Assembly: GCA_049968235.1 (NCBI GenBank)
Contig: JBMFRC010000014.1
Location: 1-64,000 of the forward strand
Source of the DNA: Candidatus Hydrogenedens sp.
Lineage (GTDB): Bacteria > Hydrogenedentota > Hydrogenedentia > Hydrogenedentales > Hydrogenedentaceae
Direction: 5' to 3'
DNA length: 64,000 nucleotides
The translations under genes and the position numbers were made by a program. Shown piece by piece: positions 22,266 to 32,689 of this stretch; position 1 is the first letter of the stretch; every line of letters starts with the position of its first letter. The notes below the pieces were generated by a model. The model did not search any database. It had not been told where the DNA came from and was given only the letters and a program-made list of their open reading frames with translations.

Positions 22266-23159
22266 ATGAAACAGAGAAAAGGCTTTACTCTCATTGAACT
22301 TCTTGTTGTTATTGCCATTATTGGCATACTTGCGGCAATTTTATTGCCAGCACTTGCTCGTGCTCGTGAGGCAGCGCGTCGTTCTTCCTGTCAGAATAAC
22401 TTAAAGCAGATAGGTTTGTCTATGAAGATGTATGCTAACGAGGCAAAAGGAGAACGCTTCCCTACAGTAAGTATAGCAGGTGGAGATACTTGTGATGATA
22501 TTCGCATTGATTTTATGTGGTGGGGACCGCAATTGTATCCAGAATATTTATCAGACCTGAATGTTAATGTATGCCCATCCGATTCTGATGGTAAAAGGGC
22601 ATATACCGATGGTCGCTGGCATTGCGGTGGGAATCCGGGTAATCCTATTTGCCCTTGCAGAATTGATGCTCTATCTTATATCTACATTTGCTGGACATTA
22701 CGCGAACAGGATTATATGATGCCTGGTATGGACCCCAATGACCCAAATGTCTCTTCCTTCCAATTACCTATTAATTATATTAACCCGTTCTTCGTACAAT
22801 TCCTTATGGACCTGGTAGCTGCGGTAAATGCTTCTCCAGATACAAGTACAGCACTGGGACTTGTAGATAAAGATTTTACATACAACACAGCAGATTCTCA
22901 AGGTAAGATAACCATGTATCGACTTCGTGAAGGAATAGAACGATTCCTTATCACTGACATTAACAATCCTGCTGCAAGTACACAAGCACAAAGTGAAATT
23001 GCTTTCTTTTTCGATGGTATAGAAACAACTCCATCAGACTTCAATCATATTCCTGGTGGTGCTAATGTGCTTTATATGGATGGGCATGTGCAATTTGTTC
23101 GTTTCCCAACAGACCATCCTGCTAATAAAGTATTTGCTGCAATTATTGGAAATGTCTAA
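22266..23159 (+). CDS. Prepilin-type N-terminal cleavage/methylation-domain protein with a C-terminal H-X9-DG motif (DUF1559-type pseudopilin-like)
   Basis: [51 protein letters not shown]… N-terminus and C-terminal …[27 protein letters not shown] upstream of the ATG at 22266. Confidence 0.85.
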   Translation: MKQRKGFTLIELLVVIAIIGILAAILLPALARAREAARRSSCQNNLKQIGLSMKMYANEAKGERFPTVSIAGGDTCDDIRIDFMWWGPQLYPEYLSDLNVNVCPSDSDGKRAYTDGRWHCGGNPGNPICPCRIDALSYIYICWTLREQDYMMPGMDPNDPNVSSFQLPINYINPFFVQFLMDLVAAVNASPDTSTALGLVDKDFTYNTADSQGKITMYRLREGIERFLITDINNPAASTQAQSEIAFFFDGIETTPSDFNHIPGGANVLYMDGHVQFVRFPTDHPANKVFAAIIGNV

Positions 23160-23190
23160 TTAGATAAGATAAAAAATAATATTCTATATT

Positions 23191-23229
23191 GAAGACTGCT
23201 TCTATAAAAAGAAGCAGTCTTTCTTTTAA
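23191..23229 (+). terminator. Rho-independent terminator after the pseudopilin gene
   Basis: Stem gaagactgcttc/gaagcagtctt with an 8-nt A-rich loop, followed by ttcttttaat. Confidence 0.6.
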
Positions 23230-23282
23230 TATTGTTACTATGTTAAAATAAACATGTGAGATATAATAAAGGTAAATAATTT

Positions 23283-24215
23283 ATGCAATGTAACCAAAGG
23301 GAAAAAGTGGAAGATATTCTTTCAGAACAGGCTATTGAAATTATCAAGAATCTTGATGTAGGTGCTTATGTTGTTTCCCCCGAAAGAGAGATTCTTTTCT
23401 GGAATGATAAAGCGTCTGAAATAACGGGTTATAACGACAATGAGGTGGTAGGTTCTTTATGTCAGGACAATCTATTGCGTCATGTGGATGACAACGGAAC
23501 AGAACTGTGTATTCACGGATGTCCTCTATTAGAAACAATTAAAGATGGACAAATCCGTAAGACTCGTGTTTATTTGCGACACAAAGCAGGCTATCGAATG
23601 CCTGTAAAAGTAGAGACTTTACCCATTAAGATAAACAATGAAATTAAAGGTGCTGTTGAATTTTTTCAGGAGGATACTGAAGAACTTAATTTATTAGAAG
23701 AACTTCGCAGAACCCGTGAAAAAGCCTTAATCTGTCCTCTAACCGAAATTGGAAATCGCAGGTACACGGAGCAGATGCTTAAAGACCGTTTAGAAGAAAT
23801 GAATCGGTTAAAAAGTAGTTTAGGTTTGTTCTTTATTGATATCGATGATTTTAAGCATATCAACGATACTTATGGACATCCCATAGGCGATATCGTGTTG
23901 AAAATGGTTGCCCGAACCCTTGTAAGTATAATGCGTCCGTATGATTTTGTAGGACGATGGGGAGGCGAAGAAATTGTTGCAATAGTACCTCATGTAAAAC
24001 AGGAAGAATTGTTTGAATTGGGAGAGAGATTCCGTAAATTGATTTCAGCCAGTAGTATAAAAACAATGCAGGGACGATTAGGTGTTACAGTCTCTATCGG
24101 TGCAACCGTTTCTTGTGTAGAAGATACAGTTTATTCTATTATTGAACGGGCAGATAGAATGATGTATGAAAGCAAACGTAACGGTAAAAATAGGGTTACT
24201 ATTTATTCCTCTTAG
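23283..24215 (+). CDS. PAS-domain diguanylate cyclase (GGDEF; active-site GGEEI)
   Basis: N-terminal PAS-like region; GGDEF domain with …RWGGEEIVAIVPH… and …FFIDIDDFKHINDTYGHPIGD…. Confidence 0.85.
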   Translation: MQCNQREKVEDILSEQAIEIIKNLDVGAYVVSPEREILFWNDKASEITGYNDNEVVGSLCQDNLLRHVDDNGTELCIHGCPLLETIKDGQIRKTRVYLRHKAGYRMPVKVETLPIKINNEIKGAVEFFQEDTEELNLLEELRRTREKALICPLTEIGNRRYTEQMLKDRLEEMNRLKSSLGLFFIDIDDFKHINDTYGHPIGDIVLKMVARTLVSIMRPYDFVGRWGGEEIVAIVPHVKQEELFELGERFRKLISASSIKTMQGRLGVTVSIGATVSCVEDTVYSIIERADRMMYESKRNGKNRVTIYSS

Positions 24216-24220
24216 TGCTT

Positions 24221-25009
24221 TTATCCACGAGTTTCGATACGGTGATTTTTTCCAGCATAGTGAAGATTATCAAAATATTTCTGGGGATTGATAATTCTTC
24301 CATTTTGTGAAATTTCCAGATGTAAATGATTGCCTGTAGACCTTCCTGTTGAACCCACCTTCGCTATTTGTGTCGTTATATCAACTTGCTCTCCTTTTTT
24401 GACTAAATTTTTCTCGTTGTGAGCATAGAAACTACTTGTGCCATCTTCATGTTTTATTCTCACATAATTTCCATAACTTTTACTAAAACCTGTCTCTTCT
24501 ACAATACCTGCTTTAACAGGATATATGGGTGCTCCTCGAGGTGCAGATATATCTATTCCCTTATGAAAAGTTCTTTTCCCTGTAAATGGGTCATTTCTCC
24601 AGCCATATGTAGAGGAAACCCGTTTTTGTAATGGGACAATACCTGACAGCGGATTGGATGAATTTTTGTAGGTATTTTTTAGTTTCTGATTGAAATTTTT
24701 CAAAACTTTTACAGGAGGATTTGCTACACTTTTTAAGGAAGAAACTGAGTTCATATTACCTGAAAAAATATTATATGCTTCTAAATTTTTAGGATATGAC
24801 AAAAGAATAGGGGGAAGGTTGCTGACATTTACAAAACTCGGAGAATTATTAGAAGAAATTTCTGAATCCATATTATTCAAGAGTATGTTCAAAAAGGAAG
24901 TATTTTGAATTTGCTGTAATAACGACAAATTGGATAGGGAAAATATTCCCGTATTTTTCTCTATCATATTGTTTTTCGTTGAATAAGAAATTGGAGAAAT
25001 ACGGTGCAT
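24221..25009 (-). CDS. M23-family (LytM-type) metallopeptidase with an N/S-rich low-complexity N-terminal half
   Basis: …FHKGIDISAPRGAPIYPVKAGIV…GNHLHLEI… (HxxxD and HLH motifs); no obvious signal peptide. Confidence 0.8.
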   Translation of the reverse strand: MHRISPISYSTKNNMIEKNTGIFSLSNLSLLQQIQNTSFLNILLNNMDSEISSNNSPSFVNVSNLPPILLSYPKNLEAYNIFSGNMNSVSSLKSVANPPVKVLKNFNQKLKNTYKNSSNPLSGIVPLQKRVSSTYGWRNDPFTGKRTFHKGIDISAPRGAPIYPVKAGIVEETGFSKSYGNYVRIKHEDGTSSFYAHNEKNLVKKGEQVDITTQIAKVGSTGRSTGNHLHLEISQNGRIINPQKYFDNLHYAGKNHRIETRG

Positions 25010-25215
25010 AGGTTTATCCTGAAAGTTGATTATTTATAAGCAAAATATGTTCCAATTATATATTTTTTTAAGTCCTTGATAGAACATAATTAAAATAAGT
25101 TATACATGTAATATATCGGGAATTTTTTAACATATAAAGGAATTTTTTTCCAGATGTAATAGGTAACTTCGTAAATACAGATGATACATCTCTTTTGTTC
25201 GTTATTAAATTTTTT

Positions 25216-26178
25216 TTACATTTCATCCGAACAAATGAGGCAGGATGCACAAAGAGGATTTTTCGAGAAATCACCACGTATAAAATTCTGACGAATTTCT
25301 ATAGCCCGTGGAGAATTCCATACATCGTAAATAGAACTTTCCGCCACATTCCCTAAAACCATTTTCTTGAAATAATCCGTGCAACATAAAACCATATCCC
25401 CATTAAATAGGATATAGGCTTGTTTAAATAAACGGGTGCAGTGTTTGAATGGAATTGCCTTGCCGGGATTTAATTTGCGGAAAGTAGAATTATTTCCGCC
25501 TCGATTTTCCAATGCAGTATATTTTGAATTAACACCCATTTTTTTCCAGTAATTTACTGCTTTATCTACATCAATAAGATTTGTTTTAACCATAGTTATG
25601 GTGATTTTCAATTCGGGACAATGTTCATTTCGTTTTTGAATAAGATACTCAACATTTCTTTTTGTCTCTTCAAATTTTAAACTTCCTCGCATTGTTTCTT
25701 CATAAGGTTCTTTTTCGATGCCCTGCATGGAAATAAATATGTGCTGGAAGGGATTATCTTTAATCAGGTCATCTACCACAGCAGGTGATAATTTCCCACC
25801 ATTCGTTGTGATGATAATTCGTGATTTGGGGATAATTTTCTTGATATATCGTGAGCGTTCTAAAATTTTGGGGTCTAAAAAGGGTTCGTTCATTAAGTAG
25901 GGGCTGATACGGCGTGTTTTCTTATGTTGTGCGATTTCGTGAACAATTTTTTGAAATAACTCGTCGTTCATCGTTCCTTTTGGAACATGTTCTACACTTA
26001 AAACATAGGGGCAAAAAACACAAGCGCCATTACAACCGGTTTTCGTTTGTATTTGCACTGTAAGTGGAAAATCAGGAACTTTACGAAGCATTAGAGATTT
26101 CACTGTATCAGCCCACCACCGTTCATCTGTGCCTTTTATATAAAAACTTTTCTTCCATTTTCTAATGAAATTTATCAT
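25216..26178 (-). CDS. Radical SAM enzyme with a C-terminal SPASM/twitch-like Cys cluster (orphan; no precursor peptide identified)
   Basis: CNGACVFCPY (CxxxCxxC) at residue ~49, and C-terminal …LCCTDYF…CASCLICSDEM cysteines. Confidence 0.8.
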   Translation of the reverse strand: MINFIRKWKKSFYIKGTDERWWADTVKSLMLRKVPDFPLTVQIQTKTGCNGACVFCPYVLSVEHVPKGTMNDELFQKIVHEIAQHKKTRRISPYLMNEPFLDPKILERSRYIKKIIPKSRIIITTNGGKLSPAVVDDLIKDNPFQHIFISMQGIEKEPYEETMRGSLKFEETKRNVEYLIQKRNEHCPELKITITMVKTNLIDVDKAVNYWKKMGVNSKYTALENRGGNNSTFRKLNPGKAIPFKHCTRLFKQAYILFNGDMVLCCTDYFKKMVLGNVAESSIYDVWNSPRAIEIRQNFIRGDFSKNPLCASCLICSDEM

Positions 26179-26313
26179 CTGTATTCCTTAAATTTTAGAT
26201 ATAATTAACAATTAGTGAGTTAGAAGGTATTTATGTATTTTTTTCCTATCTCATTTCCACCATCGTATTCGTTTTGTCAGTTTATTCGTCTTATTTCGTA
26301 ATTATATAGGTTT

Positions 26314-29300
26314 CTATTTAATAAAAATATCGTTCAGGGTAACATAACGCAAGTTACCAAATTGTGCAAGAGAGTCAGGGGTTATCCTGTTTAGTGGTAA
26401 CATGACGCTGATAAGTCTCTTACTGGATTTAACTTTTTTATCATGGAACTGAATTAAATCTTGCAGGGTTAATTTCTGGATGCCTGCATACCATTGTTTT
26501 CTTGGGTCATCTTCAAACCCATGGAGATACCAGCCATATACACGTCCTAATATACTTCGGAATGGAACCTTATCCGTTTGATAGTCATTTAGGACAGATT
26601 CTTTCGCAAAACGGAAACGTTCTTCGGATACAGGTAGATTATCAAATAAATGTAAAAAACATTCCAATGCATCTTTTAATTTATCGGGTTGTGTCTGGAT
26701 AACACCAACCATTAAATCTTCATCACCTTTCCTGTATCCCCCAATATACTGGGCTCCTGCTACATAGGCTAATGCTCGTGCTTCCCTTAATTCTTGAAAA
26801 ACAACTCCTGCCATACCACCACCAAAATATGAATTAAAAACCTCTATTACGGGTTCTTCTTCCATCGTAGATTCTTCCAATCCGAACTCTATTCGCACAT
26901 TTGCCTGTGTGGTTTCTTTGTCCAGCATATACAACTGTGTGTTTTCTGGCTTTCGCGATTTTAAGTATATATAAGGGGGTGTATCTTTCAACAAGGATGA
27001 AAATTTTTTTGTTTTTTCTTTTTGTCCTAATTCCTTTTTTAAATAACTTTTATAAAGTTTTGTTATATCTTTATGATTTAATGTGCCTGCATAAAAAATA
27101 TGGTGTTTATAATTCAACAAATTTTTTGTTATATCCTGTAGTTCTTCAACAGATAATTTTTTCAAATCCTCTTCTGGAAGTAGGTTCAAATAGGCGGATT
27201 GTGTATCTAAACGGTTGAACTGCACCAATGCCCGCATCACCTCTTCCGGGTCCTTTTTGGAATCCTCTCGTTGAGTGAGAATAATTGCCTTTAACTCTTC
27301 CAGTACATCTTTTTCTACTTGAGGATGAAACATTACTTCCATTAATAAATCCATAGTTTCCTTAAAACGGTCGTCAAAGCCATTTAAGGAAATTACAGTT
27401 TCATTATTGATAGAACGGACATTAAATTCTGCTCCTAGTTTATACCATTCTTTTTTGAGGTCTTCTGCGGAAAGATAACGCGTTCCGGATTTTTCCAGTA
27501 ATCGTAGAGCCACTGGAATTTTAGGATTGTGATAATTGCCTATATCTACCCGTATTTCAAAGCTGAAAATTTTATTCAACGGATTTTTGCAAAACCAGAA
27601 ATCCAGTCCTTCTTTTTTCGGAAGATGAATGTAATCTTTCCCTTTTTTCAAGAAAACGGGTTTGCTTTCAGTCGTAGGAATGGATAAAATCTGCTGGGCA
27701 AAAGGAGAAAGTTTTGTGCTATCAATTGTTAATGGTGTTAACTTTGGTTTAGGGACATAGTTAATTTCACGCTCCCCATTCTTACGATAGCCTGCGACAT
27801 ATCCCTGCGAAAAATATTTTTTGGCAGTACTTATAATTTCATCTTTGGTTATCTTTTCCATACGTTCAATTCGTTTCAAATGTTCCTGCCAATCTTCATG
27901 TGCGATGAACGCGTCCGTAAGTTCACTTACCCGTCCTTCGTTTGTTTCCCTCGAACGCTCCTTCATTTTTCGGAAGTCTGTAATAATTGCAGATAAAAGC
28001 CAATCTTCAAAGTTTCCTTCACAAAGCAGTTTTATTTGTTCTAACAATAAGTGTTCCACATCTTCCAAACTCTGTCCATCTTTCGGTACTCCCAATATAT
28101 ATTCAACACCTAAATCATTCAATTGCACAATAAAAGAGCCTGCTCTTCTAACTTTTTGTTTTTGGGTCAGATTTAGATTAATTAGTCCTGCTACGGCGTT
28201 GTCTAAAATCATATCTATCAGAGCAATTTTATCGGCATCCGGGTGTAATTTGGGCACAGTGCGAAAAGCAAGTATTACTTCCGGTTCACCTTCAAATTGT
28301 ATTTCTACCGAAATTCTTTCTTTCAACGGTTCATAACAATATGTAGAAATAGGCGAACAGATTTTGTTTCCTTCAATTTCCCTATTTGCTATTGGAGGTT
28401 TTTCCTTACTCCTTTCTTCGTTTGTTTTTTCTTTCCTTATTTCTGAAAAATACTTTGCAATAATTTCTATCGCCTCTGGAATCTTTATATCTCCAGATAT
28501 TCCAATGGATAGATTTTCAGGCACATACCATTTCTCAAAGAAATTCTTGATGTTCTTTATGGATGGATTTTTCAAGTGTTCTGGTTCGCCCAATACGGTT
28601 TGTGTCCCATAAGGATGGTCAGGGAACAACGCTTTATTGATTGTTTCCATCAACATTTGTTCACGATTATCCATAGCACGATTCTTTTCTTCATACACGG
28701 TTTCCAGTTCTGTCGCAAACAGACGGAAAATTGGTTTTGAGAATCGGTCGGATTCTAACATTGCCCAGTGTTCTAAACACCCCGAAGGCAGTTCCACTTT
28801 GTATACTGTTTCATCAATCCATGTATGAGCATTAATCTTATCCCCTCCCAGTGATTTATAAACACGGTCCAATTCATTAGGAACTGCATATTTGCTTGCT
28901 TCTTGAGAAATTTGGTCAATTTCTTTGTAAATTTCTTCCCGTTTTTGTGTATCTGTTGTTTGCCGATATTTTTCATACAACTCTTCAATTTTATCGAGTA
29001 GTTCCTTTTCTTTGGTGAAATCAATAGTTCCCAATCGTTCTGACCCTTTAAACATCAGATGTTCAAAATAATGTGCTAAGCCGGTAGTTTCTGGCGGGTC
29101 ATTCTGACTGCCTGTTCGAACAGCTATCTCTGCATAGAAACGAGGAACTTCATGATTCTCTGTTAAATATACAGTTATTCCGTTGGCTAAACGATAAATA
29201 TATACCTGCATGGAATCCTCAGGTTTGGGTTGATATACCAGTTGGTAGCCATAAACGGAGCCTGTTGAACAGAAAACTACTGTGCTCATTGTTATTCCTA

Positions 29301-29322
29301 TAAAAAAATGTTTCATATTCAT
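26314..29322 (-). CDS. Secreted two-module M16 (pitrilysin/insulinase-family) zinc peptidase, 1002 aa
   Basis: Signal peptide; inverted zincin HYFEH(L) motif (…LAHYFEHLMFKGSERLG…); length consistent with tandem M16 active + inactive halves. Confidence 0.8.
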   Translation of the reverse strand: MNMKHFFIGITMSTVVFCSTGSVYGYQLVYQPKPEDSMQVYIYRLANGITVYLTENHEVPRFYAEIAVRTGSQNDPPETTGLAHYFEHLMFKGSERLGTIDFTKEKELLDKIEELYEKYRQTTDTQKREEIYKEIDQISQEASKYAVPNELDRVYKSLGGDKINAHTWIDETVYKVELPSGCLEHWAMLESDRFSKPIFRLFATELETVYEEKNRAMDNREQMLMETINKALFPDHPYGTQTVLGEPEHLKNPSIKNIKNFFEKWYVPENLSIGISGDIKIPEAIEIIAKYFSEIRKEKTNEERSKEKPPIANREIEGNKICSPISTYCYEPLKERISVEIQFEGEPEVILAFRTVPKLHPDADKIALIDMILDNAVAGLINLNLTQKQKVRRAGSFIVQLNDLGVEYILGVPKDGQSLEDVEHLLLEQIKLLCEGNFEDWLLSAIITDFRKMKERSRETNEGRVSELTDAFIAHEDWQEHLKRIERMEKITKDEIISTAKKYFSQGYVAGYRKNGEREINYVPKPKLTPLTIDSTKLSPFAQQILSIPTTESKPVFLKKGKDYIHLPKKEGLDFWFCKNPLNKIFSFEIRVDIGNYHNPKIPVALRLLEKSGTRYLSAEDLKKEWYKLGAEFNVRSINNETVISLNGFDDRFKETMDLLMEVMFHPQVEKDVLEELKAIILTQREDSKKDPEEVMRALVQFNRLDTQSAYLNLLPEEDLKKLSVEELQDITKNLLNYKHHIFYAGTLNHKDITKLYKSYLKKELGQKEKTKKFSSLLKDTPPYIYLKSRKPENTQLYMLDKETTQANVRIEFGLEESTMEEEPVIEVFNSYFGGGMAGVVFQELREARALAYVAGAQYIGGYRKGDEDLMVGVIQTQPDKLKDALECFLHLFDNLPVSEERFRFAKESVLNDYQTDKVPFRSILGRVYGWYLHGFEDDPRKQWYAGIQKLTLQDLIQFHDKKVKSSKRLISVMLPLNRITPDSLAQFGNLRYVTLNDIFIK

Positions 29323-29481
29323 GTTAAAAACCTTTTAAAGTAGAATCATATATCTTCTCAAAATAGATATAAGAATGAAATATTATACTAATTTATCATA
29401 TAATCAAAACCAAAAGTCTACTCAAATACTCTAATTATACACAATTACCAATCAAAATCTCTGATAAGAAGGAACAACATC

Positions 29482-31116
29482 ATGTTTTCTCCCAATTCTT
29501 TTTTAGGAAGGCATCCTATTTTAAGATGGACACTAATAACCATTGTGTTAATTATCGTTTTGTTCTTTTTATGGCTTTATTCACGCATGCGTGGACCATA
29601 TCAAAATTATACACTTGACTTTTTAATTCCCGACCCTGCTTCTACACCGCAACCCGGTGTCCTTGAAGTAGGCGTGGCTAAAAGGGATATTACTCCTATT
29701 CTTGACCTGTATGATACATGGGAAGATGTGAACAATAATGGGAAATTTGACCCGGGTGTGGATACTTATGTAGATAAGAACAATAATGGGAAATTTGATG
29801 GTATATGGATAGCGGGTTTTGGGACTAATCGTCCTGCAAAAGGAATCCATGACCCGCAATGGGTTCGTGCTATTGCGTTTCGTAATAATGGTGTTACTCT
29901 GGTTATGGCAAGTTTTGATGCCATCGGTATCTATCATAATGACTTTATAACCATTCGCAAAAGTATAGACCCCGGTTTAAAGATAGACCATGTTCTGTTT
30001 TCATCTACCCACTGCCATGAAGTAGTGGACACCATGAAAATCTGGACTTTCTGGAAACGAATTAAAGGACTGGATATTCCGGGTTTCGGTTATGATGATA
30101 GGCACATGAAATTTATTCAGAAGCTGGCTAAAGAGGCGATAGAAGAAGCAGTCCGTAATCTGCAACCTGCGGATATGTATTGCACGAAAGTAGAAGTAGG
30201 ACCGGAAGGATTTATTCGCGATTCTCGAAAACCGGAGGTAATAGACCCTTATATGTATTTATTCCGATTCACGAAACCTAATACAGACGAAACTATAGCC
30301 ACCTTTGTGTCATGGGGTAATCATCCAGAATCGTCAGGAAGTGAAAATAATTACCTTTCCTCGGATTTCTGTCATACTCTTCGTGAAGGATTAGAAAATG
30401 GTGTCCCCGAACCCAATGGTGCCCCCGGTTTTGGTGGTATGTGTTTATATTTTCAGGGAATGGTTGGCGGTCTTATGACACAACTGGGGGTTGAAGTTCC
30501 AGACCGTTCCGGGAAGACAACATATAAAGAATCCTCGTTAGAAAAAGGCGAAGCATTGGGATATAATGTAGCCCTTGTAGCAATTAATGCACTCCGCGGA
30601 CCCAATGTCTGGAAAAATGAAAACCCTCTGCTAGCAGTTTCTGCTAAAACATATCTCGCTCCTATGCAGGGACACTTCAAATATGCAATTATGTTAGGAC
30701 TTATTCATGAAGGATATTATTGGGGCGGTAAATCGAAAACGGAAGTCAATGTTGTGCGTATTGGCGATGTTATGATTACTACTGTTCCGGGCGAATTATA
30801 CCCCGAAATTGTTCAGGGTAATATTGAAGCACTGCCGGGTAATGATTTCAACCTGACTGCTCCTGTAGAAAATCCCCCTTTACGAATGGAAATGGAAAAA
30901 GAATCTAGGATGGCATTCGTTATCGGTTTAGCCAATGATGAGATTGGATATATACTTCCCCAATCGCAATGGGATACAAAGCCTCCATTTGTATATGGAA
31001 AGAGTCAATATGGTGAAGAGAACTCTGGCGGACCTGAAGTGGGGACAACCTACCACAAGAACGCATTGGAACTTATCCGGCGAATGAATAAAGCCTATCC
31101 ACGAAAGACGAATTAA
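29482..31116 (+). CDS. Neutral/alkaline ceramidase-like hydrolase (Ceramidase_alk family), N-terminal membrane anchor
   Basis: The conserved N-terminal block aligns by eye with neutral ceramidases (GVAKRDITP…[23 protein letters not shown]…[11 protein letters not shown]…[12 protein letters not shown]). A TM helix lies at residues ~15-35. Confidence 0.6.
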   Translation: MFSPNSFLGRHPILRWTLITIVLIIVLFFLWLYSRMRGPYQNYTLDFLIPDPASTPQPGVLEVGVAKRDITPILDLYDTWEDVNNNGKFDPGVDTYVDKNNNGKFDGIWIAGFGTNRPAKGIHDPQWVRAIAFRNNGVTLVMASFDAIGIYHNDFITIRKSIDPGLKIDHVLFSSTHCHEVVDTMKIWTFWKRIKGLDIPGFGYDDRHMKFIQKLAKEAIEEAVRNLQPADMYCTKVEVGPEGFIRDSRKPEVIDPYMYLFRFTKPNTDETIATFVSWGNHPESSGSENNYLSSDFCHTLREGLENGVPEPNGAPGFGGMCLYFQGMVGGLMTQLGVEVPDRSGKTTYKESSLEKGEALGYNVALVAINALRGPNVWKNENPLLAVSAKTYLAPMQGHFKYAIMLGLIHEGYYWGGKSKTEVNVVRIGDVMITTVPGELYPEIVQGNIEALPGNDFNLTAPVENPPLRMEMEKESRMAFVIGLANDEIGYILPQSQWDTKPPFVYGKSQYGEENSGGPEVGTTYHKNALELIRRMNKAYPRKTN

Positions 31117-31159
31117 TAATCATAAACAAGCAAACCGACGAGAGGAAGGATGTAACGAG

Positions 31160-32587
31160 ATGAGCAAAGGAATAACCAAACGCTCTGAAGATTATTCTCA
31201 ATGGTATATTGACATTGTATTGAAAGCGGAATTGGCAGATTATAGTCCTGTAAAAGGTTGTATGGTTATCCGACCTAACGGTTATGGTATCTGGGAGAAT
31301 ATTCAGAAGAACCTCGACCGTATGTTTAAGGAAACGGGGCATGTCAATGCATATTTCCCTATGCTCATTCCTGAAAGTTTCCTGAAAAAAGAGGCAGAAC
31401 ATGTAGAAGGTTTCGCTCCAGAGTGTGCTGTAGTAACACATGGTGGGGGAAAGCCCCTGGAGGAACCGTTAGTAATACGACCAACCTCAGAAACAATTAT
31501 CTGGGCTACTTATAAAGATTGGATAAGTTCTTACCGTGATTTGCCGTTGCTTATTAATCAATGGGCAAATGTCTGCCGTTGGGAAATGCGAACACGACTT
31601 TTCCTTCGTACCACAGAATTCCTATGGCAGGAAGGGCATACCGCTCATGCTTCCTATGAAGAAGCAGAAGAAGAAGCCCTTCGAATGATTCGTGTATATC
31701 AGAGATTTGCAGAGGATTATCTTGCTATGCCTGTGATTGTAGGTAAGAAAACGGATTCCGAAAAATTTGCTGGTGCTGTCCATACCTATTGCATCGAAGC
31801 ACTCATGCAGGATGGGAAAGCCTTGCAGGCGGGGACATCTCATAATTTAGGACAAAATTTCGCAAAGGCGTTTGATGTAAAATTTCAGGATAAAGATAAA
31901 GAATTGAAATATGTATATGCTACAAGTTGGGGTGTTTCGACGCGACTTATTGGTGGAATGATAATGACACATTCCGATGACCAGGGACTTGTTGTCCCGC
32001 CGAAATTGGCGCCCCTACCTGTAGTAATTGTTCCCATCTGGAGAAGTGATGAGGAGCAACAAAAAGTTTCTGAATTTGCACAAAATATTACCAGAGATTG
32101 GGACCCTCTTTTTTATAAATTTGATGACCGTGACCAGTACAAACCCGGTTATAAATTCAATGAATGGGAACTGAAAGGTGTCCCTCTACGCATTGAAATA
32201 GGTCCTCGTGATATACAGAATAAACAGGTAGTACTTGTGAGAAGAGATAATGCGGAAAAAATAACTTTGAGTATTGATAACTTGAAAGAACATGTAGAAA
32301 ATACTCTTGCAGATATACAAAATAACCTATTTAAAAAAGCCAAGGAAAGAACTGAAGCGAATACATTCACTGTTGATTCTTATAATGAATATAAAGAACG
32401 GATTGAAAAGGGTGGATTCTTCCGTGTGTTCCTTGACCATACCAATCCGGAAGTGGAACAGCGATTAAAGGAAGAAACAAAATCAACCATTCGTTGTATC
32501 CCCTTTGATGTACCTGAAGAAGAAGGTCCCTGTATGATAACGGGTAAACTTTGTAAATATCGTGTTATCGCCGGGCAAGCGTATTAA
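31160..32587 (+). CDS. proS: Prolyl-tRNA synthetase, archaeal/eukaryotic-like type (no INS editing domain)
   Basis: 475-aa class II aaRS with ProRS-specific N-terminus (…[39 protein letters not shown]…) and a C-terminal zinc-binding-like tail. Confidence 0.9.
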   Translation: MSKGITKRSEDYSQWYIDIVLKAELADYSPVKGCMVIRPNGYGIWENIQKNLDRMFKETGHVNAYFPMLIPESFLKKEAEHVEGFAPECAVVTHGGGKPLEEPLVIRPTSETIIWATYKDWISSYRDLPLLINQWANVCRWEMRTRLFLRTTEFLWQEGHTAHASYEEAEEEALRMIRVYQRFAEDYLAMPVIVGKKTDSEKFAGAVHTYCIEALMQDGKALQAGTSHNLGQNFAKAFDVKFQDKDKELKYVYATSWGVSTRLIGGMIMTHSDDQGLVVPPKLAPLPVVIVPIWRSDEEQQKVSEFAQNITRDWDPLFYKFDDRDQYKPGYKFNEWELKGVPLRIEIGPRDIQNKQVVLVRRDNAEKITLSIDNLKEHVENTLADIQNNLFKKAKERTEANTFTVDSYNEYKERIEKGGFFRVFLDHTNPEVEQRLKEETKSTIRCIPFDVPEEEGPCMITGKLCKYRVIAGQAY

Positions 32588-32632
32588 TACAAAAAAAAAA
32601 GAATTTTATATTTGTTATAATGTATAAAAAAT

Positions 32633-32670
32633 AGAGCAGGAATTCGTTTGAACTCCTGCTCTGTTTAGTT
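32633..32670. terminator. Bidirectional rho-independent terminator between convergent proS and the second pseudopilin gene
   Basis: 9-bp perfect stem agagcagga/tcctgctct with a 12-nt loop; T-rich on the + side (gtttagtt) and A-rich upstream. Confidence 0.6.
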
Positions 32671-32689
32671 AAAACCTAACCAAAAATCT

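Noticed and set aside
26502-28828. Multiple + strand ORFs inside the M16 peptidase gene
   Set aside because: Antisense to a long, motif-bearing CDS.
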